A stretch of DNA of 64,000 nucleotides from Pyrodictiaceae archaeon (GCA_027036135.1 JALVSY010000030.1:160001-224000), one strand, 5' to 3'; positions 1 to 10,690 are shown, counted from the first letter of the stretch. Numbers and translations are program-made. The notes: generated by a model from the letters alone, not told the origin.

Positions 1-150
1 GCTAGCGATAAACTAGACGCCATTAGCGTAAACGAAAAGACCATTGACAAACGTTTATCAGAAAGAGGCGTTGAAACCAAGTACTTTAACGGGAAACGCT
101 ATCTGGCCATGTACTGGCTATCTCTACATAACGAGCCAATAAGAGGATAG
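1..150 (+). CDS. 3' end of a protein truncated by the window edge (ASDKLDAISV...NEPIRG*)
   Basis: Frame 1 is open from base 1 to TAG at 148-150 and converges on the next gene. Confidence 0.5.
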   Translation, partial: ASDKLDAISVNEKTIDKRLSERGVETKYFNGKRYLAMYWLSLHNEPIRG

Positions 151-166
151 AAAGAAAAGAGACTGG

Positions 167-568
167 CTATGATTTCCTCATAAGTGTTTGTTCAAGGGAT
201 GCTATTCTCTCACATATATTGATGACATTCTTTACTAGGTCTGGCGGTGTCTGGTAGAGATAGGCTCGTCCGCCTCGCCTTAGTGGATAGGGCCTTCTAA
301 TCACTAGTGAACGGGCATATAGACTTCTTAGTGCTCTTCTTACTACTTCTGGATTACGGCCTAGGGCAGAGGCAATATCTTTTGCTATGCCTCCGCGCTC
401 ATGAGATATGAGATAAGCCAGTACTTGTGCTTCTTCCTCGCTTAGCGAGAACACGCACTTCAGTACGCATCTTAGTCTCTGCGGATTAAATTCATATGGA
501 ATTTGTCGCTGAAATGTTACTCTTCTATAAAATGTATCCGAGAATAAACCAGAATCCACTAAAGGCAC
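167..568 (-). CDS. TrmB/MarR-like winged-HTH transcriptional regulator
   Basis: LKCVFSLSEEEAQVLAYL...AKDIASALGRNPEVVRRALRSLYARSLVIR...GGRAYLY wHTH pattern. Confidence 0.8.
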   Translation of the reverse strand: MPLVDSGLFSDTFYRRVTFQRQIPYEFNPQRLRCVLKCVFSLSEEEAQVLAYLISHERGGIAKDIASALGRNPEVVRRALRSLYARSLVIRRPYPLRRGGRAYLYQTPPDLVKNVINICERIASLEQTLMRKS

Positions 569-715
569 CTCCAGTAAAGGGCTCCATATTTTATACTCCT
601 CATTGTTTCCTAAAAACGGTAACGTGGGCTAAATATTAGAGAGTAGTACCTTATAGTGATTTGTCTAAGCAGTTAGGAAAAGTTCAGCAAAAGAGGATTA
701 ATTAACACATTTTTG

Positions 716-2404
716 TTATATGCTTGTTAATCTTTTCACAACGAACTCTTTGTCTAGTAGTGCAAGCAAGGGAGCTGCCCTTGGCCCACTGTCTCTCCCT
801 ATGAAGACCTTGTAGAAGTACTTATAGAACTCTTTGCGCTCCTTGTTGCTCCAATCCCTAGTATACTCTATAAGTGCTAATTTTATGCTATCCTCGCTCC
901 ATTCGCTGAGTGATTCTAGGATTTTCCCCAATTCTCTCAACTTATCCCTATACTCTGTCGGTATCGAGGACAGCATCTCATCACTTATCTCCTCGAGGAT
1001 TTTTATGCGCATATAGCTTGGAGCATATAGCTGCGCCCATCTCTTGGCCCTAGGTAGGAGTGTCATAAGGCGCTGAATATCGAAGCTTGTCGGGTTTTCT
1101 GGCATGTGCCCGCTTCTCTTGAGCCTTTTTAGCGCTTCCTCGCGCCACATACTCTCTGGAAGTATCTGAGCTAAGATAGCTACGTGGCTATAAGGTGGCT
1201 GCGCAGGCATCTTCTCCGGTGGATTGCCACGAATGTAGCTTAGTTCATAACTCCTTTTCATCAATAAGTCTTCTTCGTCTTTCCCGCTTGACTCTACTCC
1301 GTAGTATATTCGCTCCGCTTTGTAATAGAGATTATAGTAGTTCGATACCTCGTGAAGACCTAGGCTTATTTTTCTCATGGGTGGTACTCGGAGGAAGAGG
1401 AAGCGCAAGATCTCGGGATGAGCTACCTCAAGCCATTCTCGCGGAGTAAATCCTACGAAGTCACTACTACTCATATCGGCCTCGCTGCCATCCGGTCTTC
1501 GCAGTGCAACCCATTCATAGGGTATCCCTTCGGGCGGAGCGACTCCAAAAAGCCCCGCTATTTCGTTAGCGCTATCTCTGCTACCACCAGGTGTTGCATG
1601 GTCTTTTCCATAAGGCTCAAAATCGACTCCTAAGGCCCACCAAACGCCAACCCATTCTATTCTCCAGTTAAGCTTGCCCTCCTCTATCGATGCCCAGTCC
1701 TCGTTACCGCAGTTCCTGCACTTATAGCGCACATTTTCATAATCATCGTCTACCTCGAGTGCCTCGGTTGAATCTATTCTACCACAACGCGAGCATACGG
1801 GCTCAAAGGGAATCCATCCCTCAGGGTAGGGTTTACGCCCTCTATACTTATTCACTACTTTACGGACCTCATCGCGTCGCCTAAGAACGTCTTTGACGAA
1901 TTTTCTTAGTTTTCCCCGATACATATCCGTCGTGGAGACAACCTCTACTTGTCCATCAGTGAACTCGTGCAAGTACGGGCCAAAGTCTAGCCAAAATCTC
2001 TCAACCCAGCTGCTTAATTCACCAAGTGGATCCGGTACACGTATTAGAGGCCACCCTATGTACTTCTTAGCCTTCTCCGGATCCTTGAACGCCTTTAGCT
2101 GACTTTCCTTACCCTTCCAGGCGTCTTGTGTATAGAGTGTCAAGTATTGTTTTATCCTTAGACCTCTCTCAGCAAGTATTCTACGCAGAACCTCGGGTAT
2201 AATCACCTCTCCTCTAAGTCTACCAACATGTTGAAGACCCGATACCGATAATCCTCCATTGAATACAAGGACTTCTTTGCTACGCTTTCTCAGCCTTTGT
2301 TCAAGCCAGTCAGCAAGAGCATCTATCCAGTGTTTTATGCCATCGCTTGTTCTTATAACTGGTTCTCTGAGAAATCTCTCTCTGCGGATCTCAGCCACGC
2401 TCAA
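716..2404 (-). CDS. lysS: Class I lysyl-tRNA synthetase
   Basis: SGLQHVG (HIGH-like), GKLNWRIEW, EPYGKDH, MSSS (KMSKS-like), C-terminal GPR motif. Confidence 0.95.
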   Translation of the reverse strand: MSVAEIRRERFLREPVIRTSDGIKHWIDALADWLEQRLRKRSKEVLVFNGGLSVSGLQHVGRLRGEVIIPEVLRRILAERGLRIKQYLTLYTQDAWKGKESQLKAFKDPEKAKKYIGWPLIRVPDPLGELSSWVERFWLDFGPYLHEFTDGQVEVVSTTDMYRGKLRKFVKDVLRRRDEVRKVVNKYRGRKPYPEGWIPFEPVCSRCGRIDSTEALEVDDDYENVRYKCRNCGNEDWASIEEGKLNWRIEWVGVWWALGVDFEPYGKDHATPGGSRDSANEIAGLFGVAPPEGIPYEWVALRRPDGSEADMSSSDFVGFTPREWLEVAHPEILRFLFLRVPPMRKISLGLHEVSNYYNLYYKAERIYYGVESSGKDEEDLLMKRSYELSYIRGNPPEKMPAQPPYSHVAILAQILPESMWREEALKRLKRSGHMPENPTSFDIQRLMTLLPRAKRWAQLYAPSYMRIKILEEISDEMLSSIPTEYRDKLRELGKILESLSEWSEDSIKLALIEYTRDWSNKERKEFYKYFYKVFIGRDSGPRAAPLLALLDKEFVVKRLTSI

Positions 2405-2569
2405 CGCTAAGTCGCACCTACTTATAAGCCTCTATGTCTAGCCGAAAAAGCTGGTTCTAGAGCACCATTATTTAAGGATTTAATACGCATCTCTAACATT
2501 GCTAGTGGAAACAATGACCAGAAAGAATGGCAAAATATGGGTACTGATAAGAGTAAAACACGTTAATTG

Positions 2570-3499
2570 TTATTGCGCTGGTAGAGGAATGTTTAACTTC
2601 TGTACTAGCTCCTTATATCGATTCCTAACTGTTACCTCGGTTACGCCTGCCGCTGCTGCGATCTCCTTCTGCGTTCGGCGCTCTCCAAGCTCTAGTGCAG
2701 CAATGTATATAGCTGCCGCCGCGAGCCCGGCTGGGTCCTTTCCAGCTGTAAGGCCTAAGCGGCGAGCCTGGATTAGTATCTCTGCAGCTCTTCGCTCAAC
2801 CGCGGGGCTGAGCCGGAGAGCCGAAACTATTCTAGATACATACCTAACAGGATCAACTATAGGCATACGGAGTTTTAGCTCACGCACTATTAGCCTATAG
2901 CAACGAGCAACCTCTTTTCTTCCACCCTTAACAAGCTCTGCTATATCATCTATGCTCCTCGGTATACCACGTATTCTGCAAGCAGCATACACGGCTGCCG
3001 CAGCCATTGACTCCAAGCTGCGGCCGCGAACAAGACCCTTTTCTGCAGCTTGCCTATAGATCATCATTGCTGTATCAATAATGCTGCGTGGAAGATTAAG
3101 TGCATCAACAAACCTTGTTATCTCGCGCACTGCTTGCTCTATGTTCTTCTCAATACTTGTAGCTGCCCTGAGCTTGGCTTGGAGCCTGCGAAGACGACTT
3201 GCCTCAAGCCTTACACGAGCTTCAAGCTTACGACCGGATGCGTCACGATAGCTCGAGATGGTTGTTAATAGACCGTAGTCAGGTAATGTGTGAGTAAGTG
3301 GACTACCTACTCTGCTTCTCCGTGTCTTCTCTTCGGGAGTGTATGCACGCCACTCGGGGCCACTATCTATTACCTTCTCCTCTACTACTTCGCCTGTAAG
3401 TGTACATATATATTCTCCTCTTTCCTCATCAAATACTATGTACTCTGGTGGACACTCGCTTTGTCCGTGCTTTTCCTCGTTGAGAACCTCCTCTTCCAT
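2570..3499 (-). CDS. tfb: Transcription initiation factor IIB
   Basis: IDSGPEWRAY B-reader, two cyclin repeats (LVRGRS; GKDPAGLAAAAIY), TEVTVRNRYKEL. Confidence 0.97.
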   Translation of the reverse strand: MEEEVLNEEKHGQSECPPEYIVFDEERGEYICTLTGEVVEEKVIDSGPEWRAYTPEEKTRRSRVGSPLTHTLPDYGLLTTISSYRDASGRKLEARVRLEASRLRRLQAKLRAATSIEKNIEQAVREITRFVDALNLPRSIIDTAMMIYRQAAEKGLVRGRSLESMAAAAVYAACRIRGIPRSIDDIAELVKGGRKEVARCYRLIVRELKLRMPIVDPVRYVSRIVSALRLSPAVERRAAEILIQARRLGLTAGKDPAGLAAAAIYIAALELGERRTQKEIAAAAGVTEVTVRNRYKELVQKLNIPLPAQ

Positions 3500-3672
3500 G
3501 CATATTACCCCTCACAGAGAAGCGAAACCCTTAAAGCCCGTAACATCCTATTCTCAAAGAATGGTATTATATACTTTTCCCTCAATAGAAAACGATAGAG
3601 CTGCACCGATTACACGAGTAACAATTATTACAAAAACAAGAATAATATTCAGAAAATAAGCAGAACTATTCC

Positions 3673-3984
3673 TTATTCAACTATTATTATATTTTCTTCA
3701 GGAAAGCCCATCTCTATTAGTATCTGCTTTACTCGATGACGGTGATCACCTTGCAGCTCTATATGCCCATTCTTATATGTCCCGCCCGTTGCTAGCCGGG
3801 ATTTCAGCTCCGATGCAAGTTTTTTCAAATCTATCTCTTTCTCGTCCAAGCCCTCTATTATTGTTACCTCTCGGCGATGCTTTCTTCGTTCAAGTCTTAT
3901 CTTTATAACTTGTTGCTCGCGTGCAAGTTGCTCACAAAGCTCTGGTGGAAGACCGCCACAGAGTGATGAGAGTTCTCCGCTCAT
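3673..3984 (-). CDS. sui1: Translation initiation factor SUI1/aIF1
   Basis: GGLPPELC...VTIIEG...[19 protein letters not shown]; start moved to ATG at 3984. Confidence 0.93.
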   Translation of the reverse strand: MSGELSSLCGGLPPELCEQLAREQQVIKIRLERRKHRREVTIIEGLDEKEIDLKKLASELKSRLATGGTYKNGHIELQGDHRHRVKQILIEMGFPEENIIIVE

Positions 3985-4096
3985 AGGGTATGCATCCCTT
4001 ATCAAAGCTCTTATTCTCTTCGCTCCGCGCTCTGATTCGCCGAGAGTATTCTTATAAGGGTTTCGCGCAAGTATGCTGTCTGCGGGAGAGACTAGC

Positions 4097-4300
4097 ATGG
4101 AGTTATACGAGCCACGCGAAGGCGAGGAATTTGAGACTATTAAGGATAAAGGCTTGATCAGATATCGTTGTGGAAGATGCGGAATGGAGTTCACGGCCTT
4201 AGACCTGGAATATATGCCTAGTATTAAGTGTCCGTATTGCGGCTATCGTGTTGTCTACAAGGTCCGCCCTCCGGGCAGGAAACTAATAAAAGCCATATGA
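4097..4300 (+). CDS. rpoP: DNA-directed RNA polymerase subunit P (Rpo12)
   Basis: YRCGRCG...[16 protein letters not shown] zinc ribbon; start ATG 4097. Confidence 0.93.
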   Translation: MELYEPREGEEFETIKDKGLIRYRCGRCGMEFTALDLEYMPSIKCPYCGYRVVYKVRPPGRKLIKAI

Positions 4301-4368
4301 CAATACACAGTATTGATTACATAAGACCAATTCCTACGTTAAACACATCAATCACAGCAATGCTATTA

Positions 4369-5295
4369 TTATCTCCCTACCATCGCTGTTTTTAGCGCTA
4401 TTAGCTCTACCGCTGTTTTCGCAGCTAGTATAGATGTTATCCCACTACAGTCATGAGGTGGTGATACCTCTACTATATCCGCCGCCGATATATCTGTCCC
4501 AGACTCTAATATCACTTTATACAAGATGTCATAGAGCTGCCATGGTGCCAGGCCTTCAGGCTCGGGGTTACCAACCCCCGGCGCATAAGCCGGGTCAAAT
4601 ACGTCCATGTCAATGGATACATATAGGCTGTTACAGTTATTTCTATCAAGCCAGCGATGTGCCTTATTAATCACTCCTCTTACTCCAAGAAGCCTTATAT
4701 CTATCGGTGTAACGTATTCTACTCCCTTGCGCCTAGCATACTCAAGTTCTTCCCTACTAAACGCTCTAACACCAATCACCATTACGTTGCTAGGCCCGTA
4801 CTTCTCCACTATTCTCCTTAGCACACATGCATGACTATATGGGTCCTCCATATACTGGTCTCTGAGGTCAAAGTGGGCATCGAAAACTAGGAGACAAGTA
4901 CTATTATTAATTCTTTTACTAGCTGCATATGTAGCTATAGTTATTGTATGTTCTCCCCCTAAGGATAAGAGGAGCTTATCCTTATGCGAATCCATGGTCT
5001 CGTATACTACTTCCTCTATCCTCCGGAGTGCGTCCTGGGGATTAATGGGTAGCACTATATCTCCTAGATCACTTACACCATATTCATCAACGTCGCGTGA
5101 TGCGCGTAGCGAGTAGAACTCTATATTAGCTGCTGCCACGCGGATAGCCTGAGGCCCAAACCTTGATCCTGGGCGATAGCTTGAAGTAAAATCGTAGGGT
5201 ATACCAACTATAAGGGCCACCGCTTTCGAAGGTGGTACCTCTACTCCGCCAAAGACCATAGTGGCACGGCTAAGGTATAGGTCTGCGATGCCCAT
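4369..5295 (-). CDS. speB: Agmatinase
   Basis: GGEHTIT, FDAHFDLRD, SIDMDVFDP ureohydrolase motifs; probable start ATG 5295. Confidence 0.92.
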   Translation of the reverse strand: MGIADLYLSRATMVFGGVEVPPSKAVALIVGIPYDFTSSYRPGSRFGPQAIRVAAANIEFYSLRASRDVDEYGVSDLGDIVLPINPQDALRRIEEVVYETMDSHKDKLLLSLGGEHTITIATYAASKRINNSTCLLVFDAHFDLRDQYMEDPYSHACVLRRIVEKYGPSNVMVIGVRAFSREELEYARRKGVEYVTPIDIRLLGVRGVINKAHRWLDRNNCNSLYVSIDMDVFDPAYAPGVGNPEPEGLAPWQLYDILYKVILESGTDISAADIVEVSPPHDCSGITSILAAKTAVELIALKTAMVGR

Positions 5296-5377
5296 TTCTC
5301 CGCACCTTGTAGAGTAGAATAGCCTAAAAGGTAGTATTATAGGCCCCTCGTACCTAGGGCTTGGCGGGGTAGATTCT

Positions 5378-7132
5378 ATGCAAGAAGATAAGCACGAGGC
5401 AATCATGGAGCTTGCAAAGAGGAGAGGCTTCTTCTGGCAAAGTTACGAAATCTACGGAGGGGTTGCAGGCTTCTATGATCTAGGCCCTCTCGGTGTTAGG
5501 CTTAAAGAAAAGATAATTTCCCTATGGCGCGAATTCTTTGTGAAGAAACATGCACACATAGTTGTGGAGATAGAGACACCTATTATAGCTCCAGCAAGAG
5601 TATTCGAGGCAAGCGGCCACCTAGAACACTTCACTGACCCTATCGTTGAGTGCCTCAAGTGCGGGAGGAAGTTCAGAGCTGATCACTTAATCGAGGAGAA
5701 ACTAGGGATCAAGGCCGAGGGCCTCAGTATAGAAGAGATGACAAAAATTATTCGTGAACATGATCTTCGCTGTCCTGTTTGTGGTGGTCCTCTTAGTGAC
5801 GTAAAACTCTTTAACCTACTATTTAAGACGACAATAGGTCCCTATAGCTCCAATACGGGGTATCTTAGGCCGGAAACCGCGCAAGGCATGTTTGTGTCAT
5901 TTAAGAGAGTCTACGAGGTTTCGAGAAAGAGGCTGCCCCTCGGAATAGCACAAATAGGGCGCGTTGCGAGAAACGAAATCTCGCCGAGACAGGGAATGCT
6001 CCGCTTAAGAGAGTTCACTATAGCGGAGATAGAGTTCTTCTTTGACCCCGAAGAGCCAGTAAGCGATGACATGTTCCGTGAGCTTCTCGACCAGTTACCG
6101 AGGAGAAAGATACGTATATTGACAGTTGAGGCTAAGAAGAAGGGCGAGGAGAAGCCCTTCGAGATTAACATAGAGGAGGCTATCCGGGAGAAGCTTATTC
6201 TTACACCATGGCTAGGATATTGGATGACTGTAGCACAGGAATATATGCATGCTCTAGGCATAGGTTATGACGAGATGTATTTTGATGAGAAAGCCCCGGA
6301 GGAGCGAGCCCACTATTCTGCTCAGACATTTGACCAACTTGTACGCGTCAGCAGATATGGCTGGATAGAGGTATCGGGACACTCATATAGGACGGACTAC
6401 GACCTCAGTCGGCATATGAGGTATAGCGGCGAAGATCTCAGAGTGTTCAAGCAGTACAAAGAGCCCCTCGTGGTCAAGAAGAAGCACTTACTATGGGATA
6501 AGGCCTGGATAGGGAGAACATATAGGTCAAGGGCTAGAGAAATCTTCGAGGCCTTATCGAGAATGAATCCTGAGGAGGTGCTTAAACAATTAGAGGAAAA
6601 AGGCTACTTGGAAATTGCTGGCGCGAAAATACCAAAGGATAAGATAAAGATCGTAGAGAAAGAGGAAAAGATTACTGGCAAGAGATTTATACCTCATGTA
6701 GCCGAGCCCTCCTTCGGCGTTGAAAGAATCCTATATGCTGTACTTGATCACGCATACACAGTAAAGGATGAGAGAGTTGTATTAAAGCTGCCTAGGCTAG
6801 TTGCACCCATCGATGTCGCCGTATTCCCCTTGGTCAAGGATGAGAACATTATACAAGTTGCTAGAAAGATATGGCTCAGCCTAATGAATAACGGGTTCTA
6901 CACAATCTATGACGAAGAAGACAGTATTGGGCGTAGATATGCACGCGTAGACGAAATCGGTGTACCTGCGGCAATAACTGTTGATTATCAATCGCTCGAA
7001 GACAACACGGTGACTTTACGAGATAGAGATACTTGGGAGCAAGTACGTATACGCATTAACAACGTGGTTGACGCTGTAAGGGACTTCCTAAGAGGAGCAA
7101 GCCTGGACGATATCAAGCATAAGTACGGTTAA
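5378..7132 (+). CDS. glyS: Glycyl-tRNA synthetase (archaeal/eukaryal type)
   Basis: LRPETAQGMF, RNEISPRQGMLRLREF, EPSFGVER, SIGRRYARVDEIG. Confidence 0.97.
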   Translation: MQEDKHEAIMELAKRRGFFWQSYEIYGGVAGFYDLGPLGVRLKEKIISLWREFFVKKHAHIVVEIETPIIAPARVFEASGHLEHFTDPIVECLKCGRKFRADHLIEEKLGIKAEGLSIEEMTKIIREHDLRCPVCGGPLSDVKLFNLLFKTTIGPYSSNTGYLRPETAQGMFVSFKRVYEVSRKRLPLGIAQIGRVARNEISPRQGMLRLREFTIAEIEFFFDPEEPVSDDMFRELLDQLPRRKIRILTVEAKKKGEEKPFEINIEEAIREKLILTPWLGYWMTVAQEYMHALGIGYDEMYFDEKAPEERAHYSAQTFDQLVRVSRYGWIEVSGHSYRTDYDLSRHMRYSGEDLRVFKQYKEPLVVKKKHLLWDKAWIGRTYRSRAREIFEALSRMNPEEVLKQLEEKGYLEIAGAKIPKDKIKIVEKEEKITGKRFIPHVAEPSFGVERILYAVLDHAYTVKDERVVLKLPRLVAPIDVAVFPLVKDENIIQVARKIWLSLMNNGFYTIYDEEDSIGRRYARVDEIGVPAAITVDYQSLEDNTVTLRDRDTWEQVRIRINNVVDAVRDFLRGASLDDIKHKYG

Positions 7133-7222
7133 GCGTCAAGGCCGTTAAGATAAATACCACCCTTACCTCCTTATCTCTTCTTGGACTCATCCTCGTGTAG
7201 GCCATGTGAGGGGCAAGACGCA

Positions 7223-7609
7223 ATGGTTCCCCCAGAGAAGAAGCAACAAAATGAAGAGGAGCTCCCTAAGAGGAAAATTGATGTCAGAACAGCGTTATCG
7301 CTAATACCACCAGCTACTCAGCTCTTTGGCCAACAGAAGAAGCCCAGAGAGCGCAGGATTAGGCTTCGATTCCATAATGAGCTTAAAGAGGGCATTGCTA
7401 AAGTTAACCCAGATTTGCTGAAAGAGATAGGGGAAGGAGAATACATTGAAATAGTTGTAGCTGGTAGGCACCGATTCCAGTACAAAGTAGAAGTGGATGA
7501 AAACGTACCAGTTAACGAGGTATGGGTTAATGGAGCGAATCTACCAGAGTACGGTATAGCTGATAACTCCATAGCAACCGTTCGCGTCATAAAGAAGCAA
7601 GAAGCCTAG
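7223..7609 (+). CDS. Conserved hypothetical protein with a double-psi beta-barrel-like (CDC48/VAT N-domain-like) C-terminus
   Basis: Duplicated pattern GIAKVNPDLLKEIG / NEVWVNGANLPEYGIADNSIATVR; probable ATG 7223. Confidence 0.55.
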   Translation: MVPPEKKQQNEEELPKRKIDVRTALSLIPPATQLFGQQKKPRERRIRLRFHNELKEGIAKVNPDLLKEIGEGEYIEIVVAGRHRFQYKVEVDENVPVNEVWVNGANLPEYGIADNSIATVRVIKKQEA

Positions 7610-7746
7610 GACCAAGCAGAGTGAATTAAGAAATACGCTGATATTCTGAACCTATGTCCTTTATTTAATACTTGTCCTCCTAGCGCAGAAATAATGCTAA
7701 ATGTAATAAGAGGCTCGCGCACTTTCCTCCGCGGTAGGGAGTCAAC

Positions 7747-8181
7747 ATGGCACAAGCTGATCCATATAAATTGTTAAGAACACTAGAGGATGTCACCGAT
7801 CTACATGCCAGGACAGTGAGAAAACTTAACAAGGTACTCAATAAACTAAGAAAAGATATAGAGGATCAAGAGCTGCAAATGCTTGCACTTAATTATATAC
7901 GTAGACTTAGAGTGCTGAGAAACAGGCTCGAGAAATCCCTTGGAGGCGAAGTAGATCTTGATAATGTTGAAGAAGAGGTTAGGTACAATATAGCTACACT
8001 GAGCGAGTACATGGTAATAGTCGGCACTGTGTACGAAAAGGAGCTTCTCAAAAAGGCGCTGTATCTTGCTAGGAAGGGGGCGCAACTATTAACCGAGAAT
8101 GTGGCATTAATGAAGGAAGACCTGGACAACATCGAGAGGCTTGTTGAGAAGCTTCAGAGAATAGTTGATAGGTATTACTAG
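7747..8181 (+). CDS. Hypothetical all-helical protein
   Basis: 144-aa ORF with GGGAG RBS and heptad-like helices. Confidence 0.7.
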   Translation: MAQADPYKLLRTLEDVTDLHARTVRKLNKVLNKLRKDIEDQELQMLALNYIRRLRVLRNRLEKSLGGEVDLDNVEEEVRYNIATLSEYMVIVGTVYEKELLKKALYLARKGAQLLTENVALMKEDLDNIERLVEKLQRIVDRYY

Positions 8182-8192
8182 TATCCTAGTTG

Positions 8193-9764
8193 TTATTTAC
8201 ACTTAACTGTTCGTATCGGTATGGCCTCTATTACTCTATCGTTGAGTACACTTGTTATTCTTGCATCAACAATGCAGCGTTCTCTGAGGAACCCGCTTGG
8301 CTCCACTATTGTTACTGGCCCATGTGCAAGCGGATAAGCTATATATCCCTTATATCGTTTTGAATAATTAACTATAATGAGTCTTATTATCTGGCCTATG
8401 AGTTTCTTCTTCGATCTTCTGTTTAACTCTATTGCCTTAGCCTTTATCGGATGAACTTTATAGCTGCATGGCAAGATATCCGGGCTTATTTTCTCTAGGT
8501 AGGAGCCCGGTAAGGGGGTGAAGCGATATGCTGTTATTTTCTCTGCTCCGAGATTGTATAGTCGCTCCATGTATCTTAGGGTAAGCTTTATGGTCCTATC
8601 TGTTTCTCCTGGTAAACAATACATTATGTACACGTAAGGTCTTAGACCATGTTGTTTTAGAAGCTTAACTGCCCGGATTACCTCGCTGGTCGTTGCTGGT
8701 CGTGCTAAGGCTCGTAGAAGATTGTCATCGCCTACTTCAGCTCCTAGGTGAACCGGTGTACCCTTTAGATACCTTCCCAGGATGCTTGCGATCTCCTCGT
8801 TGACTAGATTGGGCTTTACATTCTCTATCATTATCTTCGCTTCTCCCGAGGAAACTTCGGGTATCGAGGTAAGCCGGGCTAATAGCGCCTTAATTGCCTC
8901 CTTGTTAGCAGGAGGCTCTCGCGGATTAGTGAGGGGCCTTGGCTCAACTAGCCAGTCTCTCCCATAGTCTAGGAAATCAGGGCCACTAAGCACGATACGT
9001 CTCACGCCTTTGTCTATTAACTGCTTCACCTCCTCGTAGACAAGCTCTATTGATCTACTTCTAGCATAGCCCCATAGATGAATTACACTACAGTATGCGC
9101 ATCCTGGGCGCGGCTTGCTGGGCAGAGAGCCTCTTGGCAAGATGTTTTCTAAGTGTGGGAAGTTGTAGTTACTGCAACCCCTAACAACCTCTACATAGAC
9201 CCTTGCCGCCCAGTATAGGGGATAACCTGTAATCACCCTTGTACTTGGCTTATAACGTTCCCATTCACGTCTAGGCATTATTGGGCATCGGGGATTTATC
9301 TCTACCTTGTCTCCGTGCCTATAAATTACTCCACATATTTCCCTTAGGTCATCTATATTGATCACTCCTTTGTCGATGTCTATTAGGCTAAATAGTTTCT
9401 CTAAAACGGGTTCGGATTCTCCATGTATGGCTAAGTCTGCGTCTACACGTGCTAAGGCCTCTGGGTCCGAGGTTATGGGTCCTCCCAGTATAACGAGAGA
9501 TGAATCGTTTATCGCTCTCCATCTTTTAATGAGCCTCGCCACCGAGCCTTCGTCAACACTCATGGCACTAATCATTAGGATCTTATAATTTTTAAAGATT
9601 TGTACATTATTTATTACTCTATCTATTGTATAGAGTTCCACATCAAGGCCGAGATTTTCTAAAACACCCGCAACAGTTCGTGGACCTGCTCCAATAACGT
9701 CCACAGTGACTACTCTCTTACCAAGATTGCTAGATGCCAGCGCGTCAACAAGCAGTATACTCAT
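8193..9764 (-). CDS. B12-binding-domain radical SAM protein with C-terminal TRAM-like domain
   Basis: N-terminal ISAMS/ILGGP B12-like fold, EVVRGC...GCAYC, RSRSIE, C-terminal VDARITSV. Confidence 0.8.
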   Translation of the reverse strand: MSILLVDALASSNLGKRVVTVDVIGAGPRTVAGVLENLGLDVELYTIDRVINNVQIFKNYKILMISAMSVDEGSVARLIKRWRAINDSSLVILGGPITSDPEALARVDADLAIHGESEPVLEKLFSLIDIDKGVINIDDLREICGVIYRHGDKVEINPRCPIMPRREWERYKPSTRVITGYPLYWAARVYVEVVRGCSNYNFPHLENILPRGSLPSKPRPGCAYCSVIHLWGYARSRSIELVYEEVKQLIDKGVRRIVLSGPDFLDYGRDWLVEPRPLTNPREPPANKEAIKALLARLTSIPEVSSGEAKIMIENVKPNLVNEEIASILGRYLKGTPVHLGAEVGDDNLLRALARPATTSEVIRAVKLLKQHGLRPYVYIMYCLPGETDRTIKLTLRYMERLYNLGAEKITAYRFTPLPGSYLEKISPDILPCSYKVHPIKAKAIELNRRSKKKLIGQIIRLIIVNYSKRYKGYIAYPLAHGPVTIVEPSGFLRERCIVDARITSVLNDRVIEAIPIRTVKCK

Positions 9765-9863
9765 TAGCTCTGCCCCTTAACCCCTTTTTCCTCGTTGACT
9801 GCTTTACTACTAATACCTCTATATACCTCTATCATAGGAGGAATGTAGCACGGGAGAAGGCTG

Positions 9864-10562
9864 TTGGGCGAGTACTACGACTACGACCTTGAGCGAAGGA
9901 AGCAGAGATCGCTAGCAGAGGAGAATCTTAACGAGCAGTTATTGGGAATGATTAGGACTGTTAGGAAGCCAGTAACTATGGTTCATGACCTCGCTGCAAA
10001 AATGATAGAGGGAAATGACTCTGAGCTAAAACAATTGTATGACGAGATTAAAAATGCTAAGGAGAACATTGAGAATATGAAAGAAGATGTTCTTACCTAC
10101 TTAGCTAGACTGGGAAACATACTGTTTACAAGTAATCTCTATAGGGATCTCTTCCTAGGCATAACGAGGGCAGCTCAAATAGCCGAGGGAATTGCCTATA
10201 GAGTATACCTCTTAACTAGCAATACAGGTAGAATAAATAATGAATTAATTATGAGAAATCTCGCTGAAATGACTAACAAGATACGTAACGAGTACGCTAT
10301 ACTAGAGAATGCGGCTGAAGTACTAACTACAAATCCTGAGAAGAGTTATGAAATTACACAAAACGTTTCCAGCATAGAAGACGAGATAGACACCCTTTAT
10401 AGAAAGCTAGCATACATGTTATACCGTGAATTAAAACATGACCTAGTCACACTGATGCTTATGCGAGACATAGTAGATATGATAGAGGAGCTTGCTGATA
10501 CATTGCGAGATGTAGCCGAAGATATAAAGTTCCTTGCCCTCTTCCAGGCAGCAAAGGCTTAG
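9864..10562 (+). CDS. DUF47/PhoU-like phosphate transport regulator family protein
   Basis: Two helical repeats; SIEDEIDTLYR...MIEELADTLRDVA. Confidence 0.75.
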   Translation: MGEYYDYDLERRKQRSLAEENLNEQLLGMIRTVRKPVTMVHDLAAKMIEGNDSELKQLYDEIKNAKENIENMKEDVLTYLARLGNILFTSNLYRDLFLGITRAAQIAEGIAYRVYLLTSNTGRINNELIMRNLAEMTNKIRNEYAILENAAEVLTTNPEKSYEITQNVSSIEDEIDTLYRKLAYMLYRELKHDLVTLMLMRDIVDMIEELADTLRDVAEDIKFLALFQAAKA

Positions 10563-10690
10563 AGTACTTAAGTAACCCATTCTTTATGCACACTTCCTAT
10601 TATGCCTTGCCTAGTTGAATTTAGCTCCATAACATTCTCTGCATAAACCTCAACACATATGCACTTTGTTAGAGGCAAGGGTGCAGATGA

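Noticed and set aside
570-715. 8-bp inverted repeat TTTCCTAA/TTAGGAAA upstream of the HTH gene; ORB-like word near 2502
   Set aside because: Too short and isolated to call an operator or origin, and no cdc6/orc1 gene is in the window
3390-3460. TFB zinc ribbon with only two Cys (CPPE...CTLT)
   Set aside because: A degenerate ribbon is already known for crenarchaeal TFB1
4293-4345. Possible C/D sRNA with CCAATTCCT matching 16S 55785-55793
   Set aside because: All four boxes are poor and a single 9-nt match can occur by chance
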